DNA of 19,945 nucleotides, from IMG/VR virus record IMGVR_UViG_2671180417_000021; one strand, given 5' to 3'. Of this stretch, positions 1 to 7,376 are shown one piece after another. How positions within the stretch are numbered: position 1 is the first letter of the stretch; each line of letters begins with the position of its first letter. A model generated the notes under the pieces. It was given only the letters and a program-made list of their open reading frames with translations, was not told the DNA's origin and searched no databases. A program made the position numbers and the translations under genes. The stretch is from a virus. Lineage: Duplodnaviria; Heunggongvirae; Uroviricota; Caudoviricetes.

Positions 1-726
1 GGTGGCGGCGCTCATGTCAAACTCTCCCTGCATCCAGCACACCGCCAGCAACACATTTTTCGGGTTCTTCTGTAATGCAGCTTTAGTGCGCGCAATCAGG
101 TCCTGATATAACGGTTTACCCACACCCCAGCGTGCCGAATCCTGGCTGGCCCCCGTGTCCGCACTGAATGTCCCCTCCGCGCCCTGGGTAAATGCCGAAC
201 CACCACGACAGCATGGTACCAGCAGGATCCCCGCATTATTCGGGATATACGGGAGCAGTTTTTTGGCAATATGAAGTCCCTGCCCCACACAGCCATACTG
301 ACCTTTGCTCAGATCTGCCCTCGGATGATTCAGCGTACTCATATCCTGCACATCATGCAGGCAGTGGTCAGCCGGGATGATGTCGTTATACGTACAACTC
401 TCTCCACCCGGAGTTACCGTGCTGCGGCGCGCCAGCTGTTTAATGCGCGGATCCGGAGCATCGTAAGAATCCGGTAACGGAAGCCCTTCACCGTAGGCCA
501 TGCCGTTGGACTGTCCGGCAAGCACAACCACGTAGAACCAATCCGGCTCAGATGAAGGGCCGACCTGTGGCTCTCCTTCAATAGCCACCGCCTGCATCAG
601 TGTGTACGGCGTAATGGCAACCGGTCCGCCGTATGGCTGCCAGCCCTCTTTCAGTTTGTGTGTCAGCTTTTCCGCAAGGTCTGACGGCGACGCCGCCCTG
701 ACAACATCATAGTGTTTAAATGCCAT
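1..726 (-). CDS. nanS: NanS-p-like sialate O-acetylesterase, N-terminal 242 codons only (gene runs off the window start)
   Basis: Minus-strand frame is open from ATG at 726-724 (GGAGG 4 nt upstream) to position 1. Translation MAFKHYDVVRAASPSDLAEKLTHKLKEGWQPYGGP... then VVVLAGQSNGMAYG, i.e. a GQSN-type SASA esterase motif after a short N-terminal domain. Absent from the ORF track because it is truncated by the window edge. Family assignment from memory of Stx-phage nanS-p genes. Confidence 0.6.
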   Translation of the reverse strand, partial: MAFKHYDVVRAASPSDLAEKLTHKLKEGWQPYGGPVAITPYTLMQAVAIEGEPQVGPSSEPDWFYVVVLAGQSNGMAYGEGLPLPDSYDAPDPRIKQLARRSTVTPGGESCTYNDIIPADHCLHDVQDMSTLNHPRADLSKGQYGCVGQGLHIAKKLLPYIPNNAGILLVPCCRGGSAFTQGAEGTFSADTGASQDSARWGVGKPLYQDLIARTKAALQKNPKNVLLAVCWMQGEFDMSAAT

Positions 727-920
727 GAATCCTCCCGGCCGGGATAATATTGTGAGTAAAATGAGGAGCGGGCTGAAGTCCGGAAGTTACAGGACAATGG
801 CAGAAGAGAGACAACAGCCCGCAATACGAAAAAGGCCGCGCTATTGCGCAGAGTGATTACTGTCGGATATTATTCGCCAGCTGAAATATTACTTCACGTT
901 TTGTTGTTTATTCCTTGCCG

Positions 921-978
921 CCCGCGTCTCCCAGCGCGGGCTTTTTTTGTCCATAAGAAAGCCCCTCCGGAGAGGGGC
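921..978. terminator. Back-to-back terminator-like hairpins: plus-strand CCCGCG-N8-CGCGGG followed by CTTTTTTT (921-948), and minus-strand GCCCCTC-N4-GAGGGGC followed by TTTCTT (951-978)
   Basis: Perfect GC-rich inverted repeats with flanking T-runs read directly from the sequence. Function as terminators is inferred. Confidence 0.4.
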
Positions 979-1175
979 TGGAGAGTGGCGCTATGTGCCA
1001 TTGCATGGTGCCGGGTGCCTCCCGGTGAATTCAGTACCAGCACCTGAATCCGCGATTATCCCATATACCTACTCGCTGATTGCCCCTCCGCACAGGGGGA
1101 TTCACCATGCCAGTTTCTTTTAACAAACTCCCCGCAAAACAGACAACTGTCAACCGTCTGAATTGTGAGACATTT

Positions 1176-1204
1176 AAAAAAAAGGCCCGCAAAAGCGAGC
1201 CGGG
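1176..1204 (-). terminator. Rho-independent terminator downstream of the tRNA cluster
   Basis: Minus strand reads GGCTCGC-TTTT-GCGGGCC (7-bp stem with one G-U pair) followed by TTTTTTTT, immediately 3' of the tRNA-Arg(UCU) CCA end. Confidence 0.5.
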
Positions 1205-1215
1205 AAAAATAAGTC

Positions 1216-1292
1216 TGGCGCGTTGTACTGGATTCGAACCAGTGACCGATTGCTTAGAAGGCAATTGCTCTGTCCGGCTGAGCTAACAACGC
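1216..1292 (-). tRNA. argO: tRNA-Arg (anticodon UCU), 77 nt including CCA
   Basis: Hand-folded cloverleaf: acceptor GCGTTGT/ACAACGC, D-arm GCTC..GAGC, anticodon stem ATTGC/GCAAT with loop CTTCTAA, T-arm ACTGG-TTCGAAT-CCAGT, discriminator G, CCA encoded. Gene symbol inferred from the position in the Stx-phage ileZ-argN-argO order. Confidence 0.85.
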
Positions 1293-1305
1293 AGGGTACA
1301 GATAA

Positions 1306-1382
1306 TGGACCGCCATCGAGGACTCGAACCCCGCGCAACCAGCTTCGAAGGCTGGCGCTCTATCCCGATGAGCTAATGGCGG
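1306..1382 (-). tRNA. argN: tRNA-Arg (anticodon UCG), 77 nt including CCA
   Basis: Hand-folded: acceptor CCGCCAT/ATGGCGG, anticodon stem CCAGC/GCTGG with loop CTTCGAA, T-loop TTCGAGT, CCA encoded. Symbol by position. Confidence 0.8.
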
Positions 1383-1391
1383 TATGTGATA

Positions 1392-1467
1392 TGGTGGCCC
1401 TTGCTGGATTTGAACCAGCGACCTGGCGATTATGAGTCGCTCGCTCTCACCACTGAGCTAAAGGGCC
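1392..1467 (-). tRNA. ileZ: tRNA-Ile2-like (anticodon CAU; would score as tRNA-Met without the lysidine context), 76 nt including CCA
   Basis: Hand-folded: acceptor GGCCCTT/AAGGGCC, D-arm GCTC-AGTGGTGA-GAGC, anticodon loop CTCATAA, T-loop TTCAAAT. Close to my recollection of E. coli ileX. Confidence 0.8.
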
Positions 1468-1516
1468 GCGCGCAGAATAATAACGTTACGGAATTAATAC
1501 TGCAATCTCATCCGTT

Positions 1517-2358
1517 TCAAACGATTAAATCCTGAACTTCCCTGACTGTCTGCTCAAAACGTCCGGTCTCCAGCTCAACACCAATCGCACGACGCCCCAG
1601 TGCCATCGCCGCTTTTACCGTTGAACCCGACCCCATGAAAAAATCCGCAACCAGATCACTAGGACGACTACTTGCGCTGATTATCTGCTGCAGCATTTCT
1701 GCCGGTTTTTCGCACGGATGTTTCCCTGGATAGTACTGCACCGGTTTATACGTCCACACATCGGTGTACGGCACCTGCACCGTCACACCGAAATACCGCC
1801 GCAAATTTTTATATTCACTCAGCAGTTCCGTATACTGCCGGTTCAGCTCACTGTATGTGCTGACCAGCTGGTGGTGTGGCTTTTCCAGTTCACCCCGCTG
1901 ATGTTTCTCTTCTGCCACCCGGGCAAACAGCGACTGTAATTTCAGATAATCGCTTTCGTTCGGTAGCTGCCACTGACTGGCACTGAACCAGTGCGACACC
2001 ATGTTTTTCTTTCCTGTGGCATCTGCAATCTGTTTTGCCGTTATCCCCAGGGCCGCGCGCGCATCACGAAAGTAAGAAATCAGCGGGGCCATCACATGCT
2101 GTTTCAGTGCACTGCCCTTCGCCGCATACCCGGCATCTTTCGGACGATACGGCCCCTGATAATGTTCCGCGAACAGAATGCGCTCTGTGGCGGGGAAATA
2201 CGCCCGCAGGCTTTCCTTGTTGCATCCGTTCCAGCGTCCGGACGGCTTCGCCCAGATAATATGGTTCAGCACACTGAAGCGTTCACGCATCATGATTTCG
2301 ATATCAGATGCCAGGCGATGACCACAGAACAGGTAAAGACTTCCGGCAGGTTTCAGCA
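1517..2358 (-). pseudogene. 5'-truncated duplicate of the DNA methyltransferase gene (lacks the N-terminal region with the DPPY motif; reading frame continues into tRNA-derived sequence)
   Basis: ORF 1517..2467 matches the C-terminal ~280 aa of ORF 2646..3695. Its first ~36 codons are the reverse complement of the copy-2 tRNA region. Junction at 2350/2351 inside the tRNA-Arg T-arm. Confidence 0.6.
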
Positions 2359-2421
2359 GGATTCGAACCAGTGACCGATTGCTTAGAAGGCAATTGCTCT
2401 GTCCGGCTGAGCTAACAACGC
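2359..2421 (-). pseudogene. 3'-truncated copy of tRNA-Arg(UCU); lacks the 3' acceptor strand and CCA, T-stem disrupted
   Basis: Identical to 1230-1292 of the intact copy, but the 3' end is replaced by methyltransferase sequence at the duplication junction. Confidence 0.6.
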
Positions 2422-2434
2422 AGGGTACAGATAA

Positions 2435-2511
2435 TGGACCGCCATCGAGGACTCGAACCCCGCGCAACCAGCTTCGAAGGCTGGCGCTCTATCCCGATGA
2501 GCTAATGGCGG
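2435..2511 (-). tRNA. argN: tRNA-Arg (UCG), second copy
   Basis: Identical to 1306-1382 shifted by 1129 bp. Confidence 0.8.
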
Positions 2512-2520
2512 TATGTGATA

Positions 2521-2596
2521 TGGTGGCCCTTGCTGGATTTGAACCAGCGACCTGGCGATTATGAGTCGCTCGCTCTCACCACTGAGCTAAAGGGCC
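2521..2596 (-). tRNA. ileZ: tRNA-Ile2-like (CAU), second copy
   Basis: Identical to 1392-1467 shifted by 1129 bp. Confidence 0.8.
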
Positions 2597-2645
2597 GCGC
2601 GCAGAATAATAACGTTACGGAATTAATACTGCAATCTCATCCGTT

Positions 2646-3695
2646 TCAAACGATTAAATCCTGAACTTCCCTGACTGTCTGCTCAAAACGTCCGGTCTCC
2701 AGCTCAACACCAATCGCACGACGCCCCAGTGCCATCGCCGCTTTTACCGTTGAACCCGACCCCATGAAAAAATCCGCAACCAGATCACTAGGACGACTAC
2801 TTGCGCTGATTATCTGCTGCAGCATTTCTGCCGGTTTTTCGCACGGATGTTTCCCTGGATAGTACTGCACCGGTTTATACGTCCACACATCGGTGTACGG
2901 CACCTGCACCGTCACACCGAAATACCGCCGCAAATTTTTATATTCACTCAGCAGTTCCGTATACTGCCGGTTCAGCTCACTGTATGTGCTGACCAGCTGG
3001 TGGTGTGGCTTTTCCAGTTCACCCCGCTGATGTTTCTCTTCTGCCACCCGGGCAAACAGCGACTGTAATTTCAGATAATCGCTTTCGTTCGGTAGCTGCC
3101 ACTGACTGGCACTGAACCAGTGCGACACCATGTTTTTCTTTCCTGTGGCATCTGCAATCTGTTTTGCCGTTATCCCCAGAGCAGCACGCGCATCACGAAA
3201 GTAAGAAATCAGCGGGGCCATCACATGCTGTTTCAGTGCACTGCCCTTCGCCTCATCGCCATCATCTTTCGGACGATACGGCCCCTGATAATGTTCCGCG
3301 AACAGAATGCGCTCTGTGGCGGGGAAATACGCCCGCAGGCTTTCCTTGTTGCATCCGTTCCAGCGTCCGGACGGCTTCGCCCAGATAATATGGTTCAGCA
3401 CACTGAAGCGTTCACGCATCATGATTTCGATATCAGATGCCAGGCGATGACCACAGAACAGGTAAAGACTTCCGGCAGGTTTCAGCACCCGCCAGAACTG
3501 CGCCAGACACTGGTCCAGCCACTTCAGGTAATCATCGTCGCCCTTCCACTGGTTATCCCAGCCCTCAGGCTTCACTTTAAAGTACGGCGGGTCCGTGACT
3601 ATCAGGTCAACAGAATTTTCGGGTAACGACCGGATAAATTCCAGGCAGTCGGCGTTGATTAACTCACAACTGGATATTTTTACAGTATTAAGCAT
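2646..3695 (-). CDS. DNA methyltransferase, beta-class N6-adenine/N4-cytosine type (DPPY motif near the N-terminus, FxGxG motif near the C-terminus)
   Basis: 349-aa ORF. LIVTDPPYF (motif IV) precedes ADFFMGSGST (motif I). ATG at 3695-3693. Confidence 0.85.
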   Translation of the reverse strand: MLNTVKISSCELINADCLEFIRSLPENSVDLIVTDPPYFKVKPEGWDNQWKGDDDYLKWLDQCLAQFWRVLKPAGSLYLFCGHRLASDIEIMMRERFSVLNHIIWAKPSGRWNGCNKESLRAYFPATERILFAEHYQGPYRPKDDGDEAKGSALKQHVMAPLISYFRDARAALGITAKQIADATGKKNMVSHWFSASQWQLPNESDYLKLQSLFARVAEEKHQRGELEKPHHQLVSTYSELNRQYTELLSEYKNLRRYFGVTVQVPYTDVWTYKPVQYYPGKHPCEKPAEMLQQIISASSRPSDLVADFFMGSGSTVKAAMALGRRAIGVELETGRFEQTVREVQDLIV

Positions 3696-3787
3696 GGATC
3701 ATTAAGCCTGTCTCTGATAGGCTCATTCTGCTTTTGCGCAAAGCAGTGGGCCTGAGGTTTGCTTGTGAACCCAACGCATGAGCAGAT

Positions 3788-3818
3788 GGCTGGTGGGTGC
3801 CCCTAACACCCACCAGCC
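3788..3818. other. Perfect 12-bp stem / 7-nt loop hairpin (GGCTGGTGGGTG-N7-CACCCACCAGCC) between the upstream terminator and the methyltransferase gene
   Basis: Read directly. No flanking U-tract, so not a canonical terminator. Function unknown. Confidence 0.5.
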
Positions 3819-3833
3819 GCCCATTTACCACAA

Positions 3834-3859
3834 ATAAAAAAGCCTTCACTGCGGAAGGC
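3834..3859 (-). terminator. Rho-independent terminator overlapping the stop codon of the small ORF 3846..4043
   Basis: Minus strand: GCCTTC-CGCAGT-GAAGGC followed by TTTTTTATTTG. Confidence 0.6.
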
Positions 3860-4043
3860 GTCTGTAACAACCGAACTGATAGTCTGCCAGACCCGCCATA
3901 ACCAGCTGGGTCAGTATTAACTGGCAGCGTTCGCGTGAAAGGTAAGTATTCTGCGCAATCTCCCCGACTGTCGCCGGTTCGGTGACGCTCAATTCATTAA
4001 ACACCACTCTGGCGGTTTCGGTCATATCTTGCTGTTTTAGCAT
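3846..4043 (-). CDS. Small hypothetical protein (65 aa), possible winged-helix/HTH fold
   Basis: ORF 3846..4067 trimmed to ATG at 4043 (MLKQQDMTETARVV...), which has AAGGGA 8 nt upstream. The segment ATVGEIAQNTYLSRERCQLILTQLVMAGL is HTH-like. No family recognised. Confidence 0.45.
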   Translation of the reverse strand: MLKQQDMTETARVVFNELSVTEPATVGEIAQNTYLSRERCQLILTQLVMAGLADYQFGCYRRLPQ

Positions 4044-4164
4044 GTCTTTTTCCCTTCTGGTTAACATGACATACCAATAACTCTTGTCTAAAAAGCCAGC
4101 AAGATAAAAAGTCAGTATTCACGACCACCAGCGTGTTTACTGTACTGCACCAAGTTTACAGGTA

Positions 4165-4190
4165 CAAAAAACCCGCTCAGTGGCGGGTTT
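4165..4190 (-). terminator. Strong rho-independent terminator (tR'-like) downstream of the AT-rich ORF
   Basis: Minus strand: ACCCGC-CACTGA-GCGGGT followed by TTTTTTG. Confidence 0.65.
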
Positions 4191-4319
4191 AAGTTGTGTG
4201 GCGAAGTAACCACTCTTAACACACTAATAGCATTTTTGTTATAACACAAGTAGCTCATTCAGTATTTTTAGAATCTTGACTTTCTTAAGCACGGCGAACT
4301 CTGAATACCAAACATAAAA

Positions 4320-4937
4320 TCAATTATCTTCCAGGCCGGATGCTATCAACGAAAGCCTCTCAAAAAACGCTGTAGCAGCCTTGTCCAAAGTTGAATAAGT
4401 ACTGTATTCTCCGTGTTCGGGACCAACCACTACCCATGGTCGTCTTTTTGGGATTCGGGACTTCTCAGAAATCACTGTTCCAGATATACCAATATCAATT
4501 GTTACACCTGTTATTATTTTCTCTTCATCTCTTTCCCTGAACTCAATTGCCATAAATGCCGTTTTTTTTCGTTTCCCGTTTTTAAAAAAATCAAATAAAG
4601 CAAAGCGATGCTCATTAAAATCAACACCCCATCGTCCTTCAGGATAAAGGGCATGAAAGTTGTCATTTACGCTCTGCATCGTCTCATAAGCTTTAACTTC
4701 TAAATCTCCATAGTGCATAGATACCGCGCAGGAGTCACTGGGTAACTGTATTTTCCCAAGATTGAAAACCTTTACTGCTCCAGAACTATGGCATCTTGCC
4801 CGCAATTTATCCCCATTTATACTAATCGGAGAAATATTCCTTAATGTTCCGGGCTGGCTCCCTCCTAAGTAAACGACTGTTAAAGATTGCTTATTTTCAA
4901 TTGCATCAACTAATACATGCTCTACATTTTTATCCAT
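4320..4937 (-). CDS. AT-rich hypothetical protein (205 aa) immediately downstream of Q; cargo (moron) position
   Basis: ORF 4320..4964 trimmed to ATG at 4937 (MDKNVEHVLV...), which has GGGAGG 5 nt upstream; the ATG at 4964 has no SD. Visibly lower GC than neighbours. N-terminal segment VVYLGGSQPGTLRNISPISINGDKLRARCHSSGAVKVFNLGKI is faintly reminiscent of a WYL-type SH3-like barrel (unverified). Confidence 0.6.
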   Translation of the reverse strand: MDKNVEHVLVDAIENKQSLTVVYLGGSQPGTLRNISPISINGDKLRARCHSSGAVKVFNLGKIQLPSDSCAVSMHYGDLEVKAYETMQSVNDNFHALYPEGRWGVDFNEHRFALFDFFKNGKRKKTAFMAIEFRERDEEKIITGVTIDIGISGTVISEKSRIPKRRPWVVVGPEHGEYSTYSTLDKAATAFFERLSLIASGLEDN

Positions 4938-4939
4938 AA

Positions 4940-4974
4940 TAACCTCCCAATGAACAGGTATCATCAGGAGGTTA
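4940..4974 (-). promoter_or_regulatory. SD-sequestering hairpin in the 5' leader of the 4320..4937 ORF
   Basis: mRNA sense reads UAACCUCC-N19-GGAGGUUA-UU-AUG. The 8-nt 3' arm contains the Shine-Dalgarno sequence and is the perfect complement of the 5' arm. Confidence 0.5.
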
Positions 4975-5012
4975 TAATAAAATATGATTATTTACTTTGA
5001 TTGAATTTATTA

Positions 5013-5384
5013 CTATATGTAACAATCAATTTCTAAAGATACCCCCAACATTGCCAGACAACCGTCAATAAACCCTTCAGCTTTCTGCAGTCTGATAACA
5101 ACCTGATTAAGTGATATCCCCAGTTTTACCCCCAACACCCGTAATGTAACCCCATACACATAATACATTTCCAGTAATTCGTATTGATACGGTTCCTTTT
5201 TCTTAAGAACTGTCATCGCAGAGCTAATGATCAGGCCATCGTCATCGCTACATTGCGGGCGGGATTTTACTTTCGAAGGAATTAATCCCTTAAAACCTGC
5301 AGCAACAGATGACCATTCCACATCCTCGTGATTATTTGCCACCCATGCCCCCCAACGTTCAAGAACCATTTGAATATCACGCAT
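5013..5384 (-). CDS. Q: Late-gene antiterminator Q (short, ~125-aa QuuD/phage-82-type family)
   Basis: ORF 5013..5399 starts on TTG; preferred start is ATG at 5384 (MRDIQMVLERWGAW...) with GGAG 7 nt upstream. Size and sequence resemble my recollection of E. coli QuuD. Positioned between the nin-like genes and the late-region cargo. Confidence 0.75.
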   Translation of the reverse strand: MRDIQMVLERWGAWVANNHEDVEWSSVAAGFKGLIPSKVKSRPQCSDDDGLIISSAMTVLKKKEPYQYELLEMYYVYGVTLRVLGVKLGISLNQVVIRLQKAEGFIDGCLAMLGVSLEIDCYI

Positions 5385-5401
5385 CAACTTTCTCCACAAA
5401 A

Positions 5402-6397
5402 TCAGGCCAGCACGCCTATTGCCAGCGCACGATCGATAAAACGAAATATCAGCTCCAGCTGGGAGCCATACTTCTCTTCAAATGCCACGGTATCCGCATG
5501 CAGCTCGTCGTGATGCTTTCTGCACAAAGGCAGCACGAAGAGGTCATGCGCTTTTGTACCCATTCCCCCCTGACCGTGGCCTATCAGGTGGTGGGGATCA
5601 TCAGCAGGCTTTCCACAACATGCACACGGCTGCGTCTTAACCCAGCGCGTGTACTTTTCGTTAACCCAGCGGCGACGTTTTGGGCGTAACATAAAAGACT
5701 CCGGCGACTCCGGATCCACTTTCAGCGCCAGCACCTTTTTCGCTTTATTCTGGATGATGCTGGTGGCCGGAACCGAAGGCACAAGGTCACTCTCCCGGGT
5801 GACAGACGGCACAACAGGCTTCGGTAATCTCAGTGCCTTACGGGCTGCACTTTCCGGTAAGGCATCCGCCAGATCATTACGAACCAGCCACCAGCACAGT
5901 TCCGGCATTGTCACAACGTGACTGTCATCAAAACCGAGATCCCGACGCACAACAGACAACACCCAGCGGGCACAGTTATCCGTTGCCATTGATTCCAGCC
6001 GTTCCGTGAACTGATCGCGCAGCTGGTTATCGCAGTGCCAGCACAGACGGATTGCGCCCGGCGCGTGTCGCATTGTGGTCATGTTCTCGCTGTGCCAGTC
6101 GGAATGAGGCCACTGGCAACCTTTTTCACGAAGTAACCAGCTTTCAAGACATTCCACGCCACCAGCACGACGGATCACTGCCTCATTGCGGAACACGGCC
6201 CGAACGGCAGGATCATCCGCCAGCGGTTGTGATGCTGCCGGAACGGCACCACTGGCAAAAGATGAATAACGTTCCGGCTCAGGCTCCAGCAGGACACGCC
6301 CCTGCATAAACAGGGGCATCAGCTCTGAACCGGGTCTGAACAATACGATCCCCATACGCGGGGCAATTTCAGGGGTCAGTAGTGCTCTCACGGTCAC
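5402..6397 (-). CDS. DUF968-like phage protein with C-terminal HNH-like Cys/His motif
   Basis: 331-aa ORF, GTG start overlapping the upstream stop. C-terminus CACCGKPADDPHHLIGHGQGG...LCRKHHDELH resembles an HNH/zinc-finger nuclease motif. Typical gene just upstream of Q in lambdoid prophages. Confidence 0.55.
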   Translation of the reverse strand: MTVRALLTPEIAPRMGIVLFRPGSELMPLFMQGRVLLEPEPERYSSFASGAVPAASQPLADDPAVRAVFRNEAVIRRAGGVECLESWLLREKGCQWPHSDWHSENMTTMRHAPGAIRLCWHCDNQLRDQFTERLESMATDNCARWVLSVVRRDLGFDDSHVVTMPELCWWLVRNDLADALPESAARKALRLPKPVVPSVTRESDLVPSVPATSIIQNKAKKVLALKVDPESPESFMLRPKRRRWVNEKYTRWVKTQPCACCGKPADDPHHLIGHGQGGMGTKAHDLFVLPLCRKHHDELHADTVAFEEKYGSQLELIFRFIDRALAIGVLA

Positions 6398-6398
6398 C

Positions 6399-7214
6399 TC
6401 AATGAACGGTATCGAGCAGCTTTAACAGCTCAGGGAATCGGGATTCGAAGAAATGCGGCTGCGTCTCGCGCGGATTTGCGGGACTGGTGATGTTCTTGCC
6501 GAACATGCAACCTTTCGCTGTCAGCGACCAGAATTTTTTGATGTTGTTAATCGCGGTACGGCTGTATCGTTCGCGTTGTTCAACGATCCCCAGCTTCGCC
6601 ATCTGGTGATATGCCTGATTAGCCGTCAGGCGGATACCATACTGCTTCAGCAGTGCACTCAGCGACAGCGTAGGGCGGCTTGAACCATCTGGCGCATCAG
6701 CAGGTGCATCAATGGCATAGATCGGCATAAGTTCAGGAAGACCAGCTACCTTTGATAATTTCTGGTATGCACCAAGTTTCGAGGAGTTTGACAGATTTAG
6801 AGTCTTTGCTGCTGATTCAAGCAGAATGACCCCGGATTTAATTTTGTCGGATGTGGTTTCTTCTGGTGATGAATTATGAAGCGCATCAAAAGTACGTATC
6901 ACTTTTAAGCTGAATGCCGGGCTGATCCACATTGCATATGCATAGACCAGCTCTTTACAGACATACGTCCCACCATTGCGCCCCTGAATGGTGATGACAG
7001 GAATACTACGGGAATCTCCCGTAGTTTCTTCTTCCAGTAATTCCACAAGAGCCTTCGTTTCAGGACGACGCATAAACTCGTGAACTTCCAGCGAACGGGA
7101 GGAGCGATTCTCACCAGCGGCAAGAAGAGCAGCTTTCTGAAGGTCGTTAAGACAGTAGTTAGATTCGAAGTACTGGCGCACAGAAACGCCATCAATTACA
7201 AGCAACTGATTCAT
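6399..7214 (-). CDS. KilA-N-like domain protein (Roi/antirepressor-like)
   Basis: ORF 6399..7226 trimmed to ATG at 7214 (MNQLLVIDGVSVRQYF...) with GGAG 6 nt upstream. Family call is tentative. Confidence 0.5.
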   Translation of the reverse strand: MNQLLVIDGVSVRQYFESNYCLNDLQKAALLAAGENRSSRSLEVHEFMRRPETKALVELLEEETTGDSRSIPVITIQGRNGGTYVCKELVYAYAMWISPAFSLKVIRTFDALHNSSPEETTSDKIKSGVILLESAAKTLNLSNSSKLGAYQKLSKVAGLPELMPIYAIDAPADAPDGSSRPTLSLSALLKQYGIRLTANQAYHQMAKLGIVEQRERYSRTAINNIKKFWSLTAKGCMFGKNITSPANPRETQPHFFESRFPELLKLLDTVH

Positions 7215-7376
7215 TGGTTTCTCCACAAATTTTTATCCACGAGCGGGACTGCACTCCCTTTTCGTTGATGCAGGATGAACTTACTGCGATTTTTAATAGT
7301 TATCAAGGATACACTGTTCATAAATACAGTATCTTTAACGAGGTAATACCCAAATTTAGGGTGTTGCTCAATTCCG

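Larger units (their letters stand above)
1222..3479. repeat. Tandem direct duplication, 2 x 1129 bp (copy 1 1222-2350, copy 2 2351-3479), each carrying the 3' two-thirds of the methyltransferase gene plus the tRNA cluster
   Basis: Six-frame track gives identical peptides at 1223..1435 and 2379..2564, and near-identical at 1718..1939 vs 2847..3068 and 1517..2467 vs 2646..3695. Offset is exactly 1129 bp. The two copies differ at about 8 positions, all in two short patches (2051-2057 and 2114-2123 in copy 1). Confidence 0.9.

Noticed and set aside
96-477. ORFs 96..296 (-), 192..380 (+), 271..477 (+)
   Set aside because: They overlap the nanS-p-like minus-strand frame, which is open across the whole of 1-726 and carries recognisable esterase motifs. 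These are out-of-frame or antisense artefacts.
727-1215. Shiga toxin genes (stxA/stxB) expected between the tRNA cluster and nanS-p
   Set aside because: No ORF of suitable size or composition in the 490-bp spacer. The toxin locus is absent from this window.
1031-1435. ORFs 1031..1264 (-), 1080..1286 (+), 1223..1435 (+) and the copy at 2379..2564 (+)
   Set aside because: They are translations of tRNA gene DNA and its flanks. Identical peptides at two places reflect the duplication, not coding potential.
1718-3626. Plus-strand ORFs inside the methyltransferase gene (1718..1939, 1991..2374, 2035..2259, 2847..3068, 3120..3626, 3164..3388)
   Set aside because: Antisense to a well-supported methyltransferase ORF, with no ribosome-binding sites and Arg/Cys-rich low-complexity translations.
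4964-5399. Upstream starts suggested by the ORF track for the AT-rich ORF (ATG 4964) and Q (TTG 5399)
   Set aside because: Neither has a Shine-Dalgarno sequence; each downstream in-frame ATG (4937, 5384) has a well-spaced GGAG-type SD.
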